Shown here one piece after another: positions 29,572-44,980 of a stretch of 64,000 nt of DNA. Source of the DNA: the human T2T-CHM13v2.0 reference genome, Homo sapiens; NCBI RefSeq assembly GCF_009914755.1, contig NC_060935.1; one strand, 5' to 3'. The notes beneath the pieces are model-generated. The model made no database searches. It was not told the origin of the DNA and saw only the letters and a program-made list of their open reading frames with translations. A program made the position numbers and the translations under genes. Each line of letters begins with the position of its first letter. Position 1 is the stretch's first letter.

Positions 29572-29682
29572 ACTCCCTCAGTTCTTCAACCTCAAACCAT
29601 GAGGGATTGAGGAATGGATACTGACCTGTAGCTCACAAAACCTTTGCTGGTCCTGCCTTGGTAGTCCAACACTCCACCTTGA

Positions 29683-30225
<543 letters not shown>

Positions 30226-30299
30226 CTTATTGCAGTATTTTTGTGAGGATTTCTCTTTTCCTTTTTTTACATTGGGAAATAAAGTTGAGCAATTCACTA

Positions 30300-31605
30300 T
30301 AACTCTGAGTCAGAAAAAAATTTTATTTAGGAGCTTCAGAAAAGTAGGAAGAGCCTGCTGTTTTTCTTGTTGAAACAGTTCAAGAAAATCCCTTTGGATT
30401 TGTGAGTGGGTTTTTGGTTTGTTTTACTTCGCTTCGCTTTGCTTTGCTTTTTACATTGGAAACTACAGTTAGGGAGATTTTAAACAAATTCAAGTTTTAA
30501 AAAATTATTTTTAGCTCTTCACATCTGGATTTCAAAAACATGGAAAGAGGGTTGATTTTTTTCTCCCCGTTGTGTGTGGCCTGACTGGTGATACTGTGAG
30601 TGCTACGAGAGGGTGCCTGTCCTGATTGGATGAAAGTCGTGGGCTAGTTGGGGTTGGAGAAGAGTTGTAAACAGAATCCTAGAGTCGTGTGCTGGGGCTC
30701 AGAAGTGAGTGGATTACAGGCAGGCCCAGTTAGGACCGTAGCTTTGTAACACTGAAAATGGCATCAGCATCCCAACCTTAAGGATTACCTTATGTAGAGT
30801 AGATTTTGAGCTTCAATAAAACCATGCATTGTCAATAGCCCACACTTCCTATTATCTGTTTCTGTTTCTATGGGAGCTCTTTTACAACTCTAAGCTGTAA
30901 ATAACGGCAATGCAAAACACCATTCCCTCTTACCTCCCTACCCCACCCCACCCCCAAATAAAAACGAGTTTGGGCTCAATTTACACATGCATCTTTGCTA
31001 TTTTTGTAATTTTAATTTTTCTCTTTACTAATTTTGTGTTTTGGTTTTGGTTCATTTGTAGGCAATAATCATTAGCAGCAGCAATGATTGAGAATTGGGT
31101 TTCATAGTCTGACCATTTGGTGATCTCTATAAATAGATGAATGACTTATAGAGACATATTCTCTTTTGTGTGAGAGAAAATGGAGAATCTGGATTATTAG
31201 TTCTTTTTGTTTGTCTATTTGTCTACTTTAAGCCCAAATGAATTAAGAATCCTGGGCTCACTGGGAAGGAGAACAAATCTTTCATACTGAGACTGGTGAG
31301 TTTTGGGGTTTCTGTATTACCCTTAACCCATGATGGAATTTTTAATTGAAGTATAAGATTTCTTTGTCTCTGTTTGTCTATGTGTCCATAATTTAGAAAG
31401 ATCTTTACCTTTCACAGTGTAAGTATGTAAAATTTTCCTACCTCTAGATAATACTAATAAATTAGATTATCAATCTCTTTTTAAAGAGGCTCTTTTCTGA
31501 TTGGCTGATAGAGATAAATAAGCACTTATATAAAAAGAATATTCTTAAAATTCCCAGAAAATAATGGATTTGAACTTCTAATACTTTAAATATGCTACAT
31601 TTTAA
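30300..31605 (+). mobile_element. ERV1 (MER4-group) internal sequence, 5' part
   Basis: 31360-31600 resembles the MER41 internal region at ~19800-19950 in this window. Confidence 0.55.
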
Positions 31606-31606
31606 A

Positions 31607-33400
31607 AATATCCTTATCTCCTTCTTTAATATGCTTCATTACAGACACAAAGACCTAGGGCCATTTCTTGGTACTCTTCTGTGTCCAGGTGACTGCAATA
31701 CAGCTAAACAGCTTTTCTGATATGATAGCCTCTGCCCGTTTAGTTAGACAAGGTGCAATATGAATCAAGTCCATCTGTAGGAAACTATCTTCATACAGAT
31801 GAAGGGTTCCTAGTCCAGTTCTAAATAAAAATTTCTTCCTGTCTCTGTAAAACATCTCGGACTGGATAGAACAGATCAAGTAGAGTAGTGATTTATGATA
31901 CAGTGTGAAGATCCTATCTATTAAGCATGTGCCTGGTGTAAGGCCATAAGACTTGAAGAAACAATCTGAAGAAATTGTCTTCAGAGAATACTTCAAACGT
32001 TGCAAAATATCTTAACACCTTGCTGTGATCCACACAGAAGACCAACTGGCATGACTTATTTATGAGATCTTTGCAAATGCAGTGAAGGCATTGGTCTCTT
32101 CCAAATTGAGAATGAGCATTACCACAATGACATGCATCCTTGGACATAACTAACATCAGGACTGTAACATAAATATGCTGCTACCATACTATGTGAAACA
32201 TCATGAAATGGCCACTCTTCTAAAAGATGTAGGTAGAGAGATGGCAATGCATAGGATCTGTCCAGCTTAATTCCAGACCAGCACCAGGATCGCCAACAGG
32301 TACACCTTCTCTATCAGAGAGAATGATGTGTTCAGAGAGAACTTGTTTCACCAAAGTTTTTTCACCACTCCTTTCCTCTTGAGAGGACTAGTTCATAAAG
32401 GTCAGGAATGATAATCCATTCATTTCCTACAGTGAGACTACAAATTTGCCCAGGAACACTAGGGGGCAACCCCTGAACATAATTTACCTTTTCTCCTACT
32501 ATGCCTTATTTTTCACTGGTCCAAATAACCACTGCAACTGGCAATATTTTCTTCCTGTTTAAATTACTGTTTTCTTTCTTTCCTTCTTTCTTTTTTCTGT
32601 CTTTCCTTCTTTCTTTTTTTCTTTCTTTCCTTCTCTCTCTTTCTTTTTTTTGACTGCTTTAATTTCTTGATTTTGAGACTGATTCACAGTCCCACATTCT
32701 TGTTGGTGACCTAAAGCTTCTTCTAATGATTTGACAAGATTTCCTTGGAGTGGGCAAAGATTTCTTAAGCAGAACATAAAAGCAGTAATCAATCATATGA
32801 TGGCTCATACCTGGAAATCAGAGTACAGGTAAAAATGGTTCAGATTCGAAATTCTTATGTCTTGAAGCCTGACATGGTGGTTGACAGGTCCTTCTGTTTG
32901 TGCTTCATACTTTTGCTAAATTATTTTTGAAAGTTTTCTAAAGATAATCTCTGGGATAAACTTTGCCAAATAATTTGTAACCAGGAACACGAGGAACAAC
33001 TGGTGAGCCTCTTTTGTCCTTTTTAGAAAAGATTTGAGACAAGCAGGGGCAGGTGGTGGTGGGCTCATCTCCAAACAGCTGTGAGAGTTAGCATTAAGGT
33101 AGTAAGCCCACCAACCTCACCCTACTTCATCCTCCCCAGTCCTCTCCGCCCAGGTGGCAGGGAGCACGCCCTCTGCTGACCAGCGCACCAGTGGCTCCAA
33201 GTACCCAGTCTTTGGCATCAGTGGCCACCAGGCTGCAGCTCTGTGAACAGCAGCTGCAGAGGAGCTTCCTGCCAGCCCAGGGAAGCCATAGCCTGTGCAT
33301 GATCAGCCCCTTTTAGGAAACTAAGGTTGATTTGATGGAGCCAGTGCTGGCAAATCTGTCCAAGGAAAACCGTCCTGGTACCTGGATTTATCCAGGATCC
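31607..33400 (-). pseudogene. TBC1D12: Processed (intronless) pseudogene of TBC1D12 (Rab-GAP TBC domain), frameshifted, with stops
   Basis: Minus-strand translations give PATWAERT, VPGYKLFGKV, KSLEEALGHQQE, GLPPSV...VGNE, IKLD...[68 protein letters not shown]...STKKW.*VFVSVMKHIKEGDK. These are collinear with the TBC1D12 protein as I recall it, with no introns. Confidence 0.88.
32570..32652. repeat. CT-rich (CTTT)n-like simple repeat inside the TBC1D12 retrocopy
   Basis: Pyrimidine-rich tract lying at the Lys/Glu/Arg-rich coding segment. Confidence 0.8.
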
Positions 33401-33409
33401 AGCCTTGGA

Positions 33410-34300
33410 GGTGGTAAGGGAGGTCACTTTCGTGGCAGGCCAAGAGCCTTGAGAGGTTTTGAAAAATTCAAGAAGAGGCTGGTCACGGTGGCTCATGCCT
33501 ATAATTCCAGTACTTTGGGTGGCTGAAACGAGTGGATCACCTGAGGTCAGGAGTTCGAGACGAGCCTGGCCAACATGGCAAAGGAAGGAAGGAAGGAAGA
33601 TTCAAGAAGAAAGGAATTAGGCCAAAATGTATAGATACTACAGATGAAATCTTATGGAGAAATTTCCTTGGACTTACCATCTTAGCTTCAAGACAGCAAA
33701 TGAATAGAAGCTTGTAAAAGATCAAGCTGAGATTTCTTAGAGAACCTCTAGCGGAAAAAACTTAAAGAAGGCCCATATGGTTAACAGTCTTGCTGCACCT
33801 GTTTAAAGAACCAGGCCGAATCTAATAAGACCATACTCATTTTGTCATCAAGAATCTTTGAGGTTCTTTGTAATAAAAAGTGGGGGGACTATAAGGAAAA
33901 AATTGTGCTTAATTTGAAAATTACGTGTTGTCATTCCAGAGCACACCTGACTTGTCTGATTCCAATTCTGTGGGAGCTGTTTTGCAGCTCTATAAAGTGT
34001 AGATAACTGGCAGCAATGCTAAATCATTCTTGTCTATAGATATGCAAATGAATGCTGTCCGGTAAAACAACAACCAACAACAAAAAAAACCCCATCTGGC
34101 TGTATTTGCACAGTCATTTTAATATTCCGGATCTATAAATGTGTCTGTCCTTGGGATTCTCCTTTCACCTGGTTGTAATACTTCACTGCTTTCCTCATGA
34201 ATTAGTTAAATAAAAACTTTAACTCATGTTTATTCTTATATCTGTATAAGAGTACTGATCTTACCTGTTTATGAAAATTATCTTTTAATGGCTACTTAGA
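33410..34300 (+). mobile_element. ERV1 (MER4-group) internal sequence, 3' part
   Basis: gtggtaagggaggtcactttc... and ...aaaaagtggggggactataagg are collinear with MER41 internal 21703-22050. Confidence 0.6.
33477..33599 (+). mobile_element. Internally deleted Alu (left arm plus (GGAA)n tail)
   Basis: TSD ATTCAAGAAGA at 33466-76 and 33600-10. Confidence 0.85.
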
Positions 34301-35102
34301 ACTAAATTATCCTTTAATGGCTTGTCCCCGTCTTTGTTTTAGCCACAGAGGGCCTAGAGACTTTAAGGCAAAGTATCAGAGACTTTTGAGGCAGCCCAGT
34401 CTGGCGACTTTCCCAGCAACCTAGCGCAGAAACTTTCTAGAAGCTTTATGATGACATCCCTGTTCAGAAGCACTTGGTGTTTTTTCTGTTCTATTGACTG
34501 AGGTGTCCTGACACTATTTTGGCAGACATTGTAATGTGCTGAGAAGTTGTACCAGGTATCTCATCATCAAAATGGAAATTTCAAAAGGCTGTCCTGAGTA
34601 GCCCCTGAGATTGTGCACCCCACTTTAGCGATGGCTAATATATCCTATTGTCAATGCATAGATGACGGTAATGATAATGGCTTGCTGGAAAAATGCTGAG
34701 GATACTTGTCCAGTTCAGAAAAAAGGCCTTCATCTTTCACCACAGTATATGCCCTCCTGGGTATTTATGGCTTGCTTGAGTGTGTGTAGGACCACCGTCA
34801 TTATCAAAACATGTATTCCTAACAGCAGAGAGTGAGACCTTTTCTTAGGACGGTTAATAAACAAACCCAGAAGTTAATGTTACCTTGGGAACATGTCAAG
34901 TTTCTGAGTCATAAAGCCCCAAGTTAGTAGCTGGAAAGTCCATCATCAAGGTTAAGGGCATCCCCCAGAATGCTAGAATGATTTTGACAATTTGAAAAAC
35001 TTTGTTTAATTATTGCTCAGGGAAGAAACATCCACAAACATCTTTGTTTAGCAGAGGACTTCTGTGACAGATGAGCCAAAGTAAGTAAAAAGAACAAAAC
35101 AA

Positions 35103-35403
35103 GCCAGGCGAGTTGGCTCATGCCTGTAATCCCAGCACTTTGGGAGGCTGAGACAGGCGGATCACCTGAGGTCAGGAGTTCGAGAACATCCTGGCCAACA
35201 TGGCAAAACCCCATCTCTACTAAAAATACAAAAAAGTTAGCCAGGCATGGTGGCACTGGCCTGTAATCCCAGCTACTCAGGAGGCTGAGGCACCAGAATC
35301 GCTTGAACCCGGGAGGCGGAGGTTTCAGTGAGCCGAGATCGGCCACTGCACTCCAGCCTAGGCGACAGAGTGAGAATCCGTCTCTGAAAAAAAAAAAAAA
35401 AAG
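35103..35403 (+). mobile_element. Alu (S)
   Basis: Alu consensus match; flanks aaaaagaacaaaacaa. Confidence 0.93.
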
Positions 35404-35499
35404 AACAAAACAAATTAAAAAGTTTTACACAAGTGTGTCATTGTTAACAGTTTGATATACAGCCTATCATGACTCAGTCCTTTGTTTCTGGATCATCTA

Positions 35500-37741
<2,242 letters not shown>

Positions 37742-39589
37742 TAACTTTGATAACATGTCTGCAATAAGCTTTGAATTACTGTAATGTTTGAAATGTACAC
37801 TGGGAGAGTTCCTATATACAACTCAACTGCCATCCATACCATGAGAATAGTGATTTGTTTGGCTTTTCTCTAACCCATTAGAGTTGAACAAAATATTCAA
37901 GACTCACTTCTGTTTTTTTCAGGAGTCTCTGAATATCCCCTCTTGACCACCTTCTGGGGTATTAAATTAAACAGAAACAAAATTTATGGAAACATTCAAC
38001 AGCCCTAATGATCTATAAGCCTTTGCCAGTGCTTAATCTGTTCCAGAGGTATATCTACCTCCTCAAATCACTCTTAAGGGGCCCCAGGTACCACCCAGCT
38101 TCTCCTAAGCATTTTAGTACTTTTCCCTGTCGCAGAAGCCTTCTCTGCCCCCTCCACTTTGTCCTGCCTACACTGAACAAATCACCAAACCAGGCACTAT
38201 GGACAGTGACTTGGCTGTACAGGTGCCCTTTGCATAACAATGATGTTCGTGAGAGGCATGACTCTTAAGCCGACATGAGTCTCTGTGACTTTAAATCCTC
38301 CTTGTTCCTTTCAGACAAACTGCTGACAAGCCTGGTCAGCATGCACTGACCTGAATGCCCTTTTCTACATCATTAAACCCCTTTTTAACTTCCCGCTGTG
38401 GGGATGATGTGTGTCTGCACCGGATCCACACTATGTTTCTTCCCCCTTTCTGTTTAATCACACCTAAATCAAAAGCAGAAAATCACAGTTAAAGCTAATT
38501 TGTATCATATTAAATATTAAAATCCATATTAAAATTAATGACATGGTGATATGGTGAGACCCCTTAATAACACTACCATGTGACAGTTTTCTATTTTCAC
38601 TTACTATTGCTATTAACTTCGTGTTGGCATCAGTTGTTCTCTACAGGTGACAAGTGCATTTGATAGCAGCATATATATGTAAATAACTTACGAATGACAA
38701 AATTTTTATAATTTTTTTAAAAATACAAAATTAAACCCTCTAAAAAACTAATTTTTAAGATATCTCTGAAAAATACACAGATATATACGTACTCCTACCC
38801 TTTTGTGTCTTACCCTAAAAATTACTCTTTGCAAATAATCTTATAAGCTTTCACTCCCTTTTATTTTGCTTTGCTGGTGGCTCTGATGGTATATGTTCAC
38901 TGGTGCCTTTTTGGGGGAACATTCCAGAACCCTGTTCTATTATACCACAGACACAGAAAGGTGTTCTGATAATGAGTACTAGTATTTTGGAAAATAAAAC
39001 AAAAAACAAAATTTCACCACATCCTTGTGAGAATATTTCTACACATTCCTGGAGTTTGTCTGATGTGCTATCATTGGCAAGGTAGAAGGTCATCCTAAAT
39101 TAACTTGGATCTTTTTCCATTATGGATCATATGCAGAAGCATGAATTGTAGAGTCTTCACAACAGAAATAGCTTGTTCTGTATTACAGGACTCCAGAGTG
39201 AGTGAGGGATTCATCCTGACTAACAATAAATATTGTTACATTAATGCTTCAGCACAGTCTCTTATATTGAGTACTGTAGAGAAAGAGGCATAGAATAAGT
39301 TTATTACTAACTAAGAAAAAAATAATAAACTCAACTTTCTCTTTACCAAACAATTTATCCGGAATTACAACCTGTATCATTGCAATGTTTTTATGAATTC
39401 TAGGCAATATCTTCTAACTTAAAAAATAAGTAAAACTAAAAAAAAAAAAAAAGAAAAAGAAGTGGTAAAACTTAAAGCTCCCCCATCTCACCCTTCATCA
39501 CATACTAGCAGAATATCTTTCACCAATTCTTAACTATAGATACCCATGTAAGAAATAGTCTGTTTAACGGTCACATCAGGCATCAATCA

Positions 39590-39806
39590 AATGTTGAGGT
39601 TTACCAATCTTGGCAATATTGACATTTTGGATAGGCTAATTATTTGTTGTAAGGTACTATCATGTGCATTGTAAGACGTTTAACAACATCCCCGATGTCT
39701 GTCTACTAGGTGCCAGTTGTGACACTAAAAAGTGTCTCCAGACATTGGTAAATGTCCCCCCTGGGGTCGGTGGTGGAGGGTATGCCTGCAGTTGAGAACA
39801 ACTGGT
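39590..39806 (+). mobile_element. MER20 (hAT-Charlie)
   Basis: ggcaatattgacattttggat...tgtctccagacattg...gttgagaacaactg. Confidence 0.75.
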
Positions 39807-40034
39807 CTAGAGAAAAGAGGGTAATTGACCTAGTTTAGATGGAGTGCATAGTGCTGGGTCAGTTCGCTGTGAATCAGCGAGCAAGGATCAGTAAAGTACA
39901 GCATAATTCTATTTGAATATATGTGGCTGCTCCTTTAATCAGTGCTGAAAAGTCAATCTGCTAAGTGAGTGTTTACCACACTGCGGAGATTCCCTCTAGG
40001 GTTTGGCTTTTGTAGCTTTGCTCTTTGTTGAAGT

Positions 40035-40398
40035 TGTGCTATGATCTGAATGTTTGTGTCCCCCAAAAACTCATATGTTGAAATCTTAACAGACAAGGTG
40101 ATGATATTACAAGGTGGCACCTTTGGGAGGTGATTAGAGATTAGATCATGAGAATTAAAGGGATTAATGTCCTTATAAGAAAGGCCTAAGAGAGAGTCCA
40201 CAGCCCTTCTACCATGTGAAGACATAGAGAAAAAGCACCATCTGTGAACTAGAGAGCAGACCCTTACCAGATGCTGGATCTGCCAGCATCTTGATTTTGG
40301 ACTTCCCAGTCTCCAGAAGTATGAGAAATAAATTTCCGTTGTTTATAAGCTACTCAGTTTATTGTATTTTCTTATAGTAACCACAACAGACTAAAACA
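40035..40398 (+). mobile_element. MLT1A-type MaLR LTR
   Basis: tgctatgatctgaatgtttgtgtccccc...cagactaaaaca. Confidence 0.8.
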
Positions 40399-43334
40399 TG
40401 CTATTAAGCTTTTTAATTTATTATATTTATTTTTAATTTTTGCCTGTAGTTACTTCTTGTTTTTGAAGTTTTTCCCCTGTTTTAGGTATTTCTATTATCC
40501 TTACAGTTTTAGTATTCTGCCATCTTCAAGTAAGCTTTAAGTTGATTTTTGTTCAATGTGAGTTAGAATGTTGTTTTTTTCTATTTACTTTCCTCTCGTT
40601 AGTATAACCTGAAATCTGCTAGGCAAAATGTGTGGGTTTTATTGTGTCTGTATTTCAGGAAGAAATAAAGGGTGGATGGTCATGTCCATATATTTGAGGC
40701 TCACTTGTTTATAAACCTTGGAAGTCGAGAGCCAAGTTAGCAGCTAGTTGAAAAGGATTAGAAGAACAAACCTCTCACTATCATAAAGTCCAATGTATTT
40801 AACAGTCTGGCTGGGTAATTAATGCTTAAACGTCAAAATGAGTCTGCTTGAAGTATTCTCTTAGATCCCCCAACCCACTGATTTAGAGAAAAGATCAAGA
40901 TTTCAGCCCTTCCCTTGATAGAAATGTTGCAAGCTGAGTTTGAGAAACTCAGAAGAGAAATCCTAAAACATGAGAACTTTCTTTTGAAATAGAATGTTTG
41001 AAAGAGCTGAGAGCTTTCAGAGACATTGTGAGATCAGCAAGATTTCCCCTTTGAAATCTTGCATTCATCCCCAAACCTAGTTGGAGCAAGGGCAGAAGGC
41101 CCCTCTCTATAGCAGAATATCAAAGCACTGGCAATGGTAGAGTGGCAGAAAGCTTGAGGAACACAGATTCCTAGTGACAGAGCAAATTGCTTCCAGGAAA
41201 GTAAGCAGAGCAATCTGGGTGGTGGCGACAGTCTGACAGCAGTCATCTCAGATTTGGGTGCAGTCAGGAACTTGTGTCTGTCAAAGTACAAGAGGGACAT
41301 CTACTTGTGCCTAGTAGAAAACACTTCATAGGCATCAATCCCCAACAAAGATGGAGGTACTAACAACCTACCAGCAAACAGGCAATTATGAAAGAAGGAT
41401 GATGAGCTCAGCCTATTTTGGATGGACTGGGAATTAATGAATTTCTGTCACTAATTGGTGATTTGGGGAGAAACAGAGGCTACAGAGGTAGATTTTATGG
41501 TTCAAAGAGGACACACCAATTCCATTTCTTTTACCTAAGGCATGCTTTTGGAAGGAGCTTCTTCTTACTCAGGGGAGAGGAGAGGGGATGCTAAGTTATA
41601 TACCAAGGGCCCACTATGAAATGGAACAAGCATTTTGTGATTTCTGAATATACATGTAGCATTGTGAATTTCTGAAAGATAAACTCAGTATGTCCTTACC
41701 CTCAGGGAGCTTACAATACAGTGAAGAATGGAACAATTGCACAAACAGAATATATAATAACAAATGTCATACAAGAATGCTACTTTGACTAAAAGGAAGA
41801 GAAGATCATATGGTTTTAAAAATCAGGAATAGCATTCTGACCAACTGAGCATATAAAATAGATTGAAGTACAAACATTTAAGAGAGAATTTCAGGAGCCC
41901 ATATGAGAATCAATGAGATTCTATGCTAGGATAGTGGCAATGAAACAGAAATGAAAGAATGGATTTGTGAAATGTATACCTAGCATCTTCAAGATTTGTT
42001 GACTAATTGCACATGGGAGATAATTGAGATGGGGAGAAAGGAAGCACTGGGAATTGGGACAATGGAGATAGGGTTAGCTGAAGTAAGGAAGAAAAAGGGA
42101 AATTGGATGGAAGATGGCAAGCTTGCTTTTTGAGATGCTGCTGTAAATACAAGACACTGCGTATACGAGAGGCTGGTGATTATATAGGCTGGGACACTGC
42201 ATACATAAGAAGTTGGTAATTAACATAGAGTGTAGTCACCTCACCTTGTTTTCCCCTGGTGAGGACTCCTGTCTTTTGATTCTGTCTGTTCACAGTCACA
42301 TCTCCGGTTTAAAGATACTCTGAGAAGCATAAGTACGTATGCCTTGAAAGCCAGGGCTTAGGATTCATACCATCACCACCGCCTCTACCCTGTCACCTCT
42401 TTATTTAACCTTAGCTCCCTATGAGTAACTCAAATGCCTACAGTTTTATTTTCCTGCATGTGCTGGCGCTGACGTGATTGGGATGAGCCCGCTCAGCTGG
42501 AATGGAGGAGCACGCCATTGTGAAGCTCTGTCAGGGGAGGAATGACTGACTGCAGCAACTCAGGGGCTGTCTCTCTCTCTCTCAATCTCTCTCTCTCTCT
42601 CTTTCTTTTTTCTTTTTTTTTCTTGCTTCTCAGCACAGTCTGACAGAACCTGATGTGGATGCTGGAAGGATAAAATTTACAGTCTCAAGACACGATTCTC
42701 TATAAGTCAAATGAAGCATTTTTACTAAATTGAGTCTCTTCAACTCTTCTCTGAATTCTCCATATGTCAGCATAGAATTGCCTCAATCTTCCTTTCTCTA
42801 CTACTTTATGCTCATAAATTTCATTTTCACTTCTGACAGCTTTTATTTGCTTGGGTCTATTTTTCAATGTTTCTGAACATTTTTTGATATTTACTCTTTA
42901 CTGTTTATAAAAGGAATATGTACTCATTGTAAACATAACCTGATTTGGAAATTAAGAAAAAAATATAAAGAAGAAAGTATGTGACCTAAACCCTCATCAC
43001 TATTAACATTTTGATCCAGTCTTTTTCCTCTTATGCACATTTTAATTTTAAAACATAGTTGGAATCATACTATGTAAATTATTTTGTTTTCTGGTTTTGT
43101 AACCTTTATATTATTAGAATTTTCTCACATTATTAAAATCAGTTTAAATCATTTTTTATAGCTGCATGAAATTTTATTATTGTGGATGTTGTACTTTTTT
43201 TAATGATATTAGCTCCTATGCTGATTGCCTAACTCTTTATGGTAAAAATTTCCTGGGCTATGCATGTGTCTATACATAGCTAAAAAAGAAAAATGAAAGA
43301 ATAAAAACCAAAATGATATAAAGAAAAAAATGAC

Positions 43335-43637
<303 letters not shown>

Positions 43638-44223
43638 TACGTCATGTTCTGCAAATTTTAAAAACAAATTCTATCAAATTAAAGAAGTAATAGTTTCTAC
43701 TTTATGTAAAATATTCCTGCACATTTTACATAAAGTTGGCATGTAAAATGTCAACTTTAAAATGAAGAAGATCTGAAATAATGAAGAATCTTAATTTAGC
43801 AAAAGAAATTGGATAGAAGTCAAGGTTTTCGACATGAAAGAGAGTGACAATAGAGATATGTATATTCTCCAAATTCACCAACTATCTCTAAAGGAATGGC
43901 AAATAAAAGACTGGAAACAAGTCAAAACATTGAAATTGTAAGTACTTATTCCTTTGCTGGTTGTAAATTGATAATTTTAACTCTGATATTCTGTTTGAAA
44001 TGTAAATGTTTAATCTTTCCATCCATGGTGGAAAGGAATGTCTTCCAGAAGTGAGGAGTAAGGGGAGAGGAGATGTATTCTGACCTCAAAATTATGTGAC
44101 AGTGTCTCCAAAATATAGTTGCTTGAACAGATGTCTTCTAAGCAAATGTTATAAAATACTTAATTAGGGACGTGAAGTTTCCATTCATAAACATAAGAAA
44201 CTTATTTTTGAAACTTATTTTTG

Positions 44224-44980
44224 TTTATTTCCATAGGTTATTGGGGAACAGGTGGTGTTTTGTTACATGAGTAAGTTCTTTAGTGGTGATTTGTGAGATT
44301 TTGGGGTACCCATCACCTAAGTAGTATACACTGCACCGTATTTGTAGACTTTTATCCCTCGCCCCCTTCCCTCCCTGTCCCCCTGAGTCCCCAAAGTCCA
44401 TTGTGTCATTCTTAGGCCTTGCATCCTCATAGCTTAGCTTCCACTTATGAGTGAGAACATACGATGTTTGATTTTCCATTCCTGAGTTACCTCACTTAGA
44501 ATAATAGTCTCCAATCTCATCCAGGTCGCTACAAAAGCCATTAACTCATTTGTTTTTATGGCTGAGTAGTATTCCATCATATATATATAGACATATATAT
44601 GTATATATATATGTCTATATATGTATGTGTGTATATATATATATCACAGTTTCTTTATCGACTCGTTGATTGATAGGCATTTGGGTTGGTGCCACATTTT
44701 TGCAATTGCGAATTGTGCTGCTATTAAACATGCGTATGCAAGTATGTTTTTTGTATAATGACTTCTTTTCCTCTGGGTAGATACCCAGTAGTGGGATTGA
44801 TGGATCAAATGGTAGTTCTTTAAGGAATCGCCACACTGTTTTCCATAGTGGTTGGACTAGTTGCCTTTCCCACCAGTAATATAGAACTGTTCCCTGTTCA
44901 CCATATCCACAGCAACATCTACTATTTTTTTATTTTTTGATTATGGCCATTCTCACAGGAGTAAGGTGGGATCGCATTGT
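44224..44980 (-). mobile_element. L1PB-type 3' fragment with an internal TA-rich microsatellite
   Basis: ttccataggttattggggaacaggtggtg...; ORF2 C-terminal peptide ELPFDPSIPLLGIYP; flanks share GAAACTTATTTTT. Confidence 0.85.

Noticed and set aside
31655-32005. Initial reading of LQMDLIH as a retroviral integrase motif
   Set aside because: The surrounding residues match the TBC1D12 TBC domain far better
32457-32469. CTCF-like CACTAGGGGGCAA
   Set aside because: Explained as the antisense of GLPPSV codons of the retrocopy; no independent support
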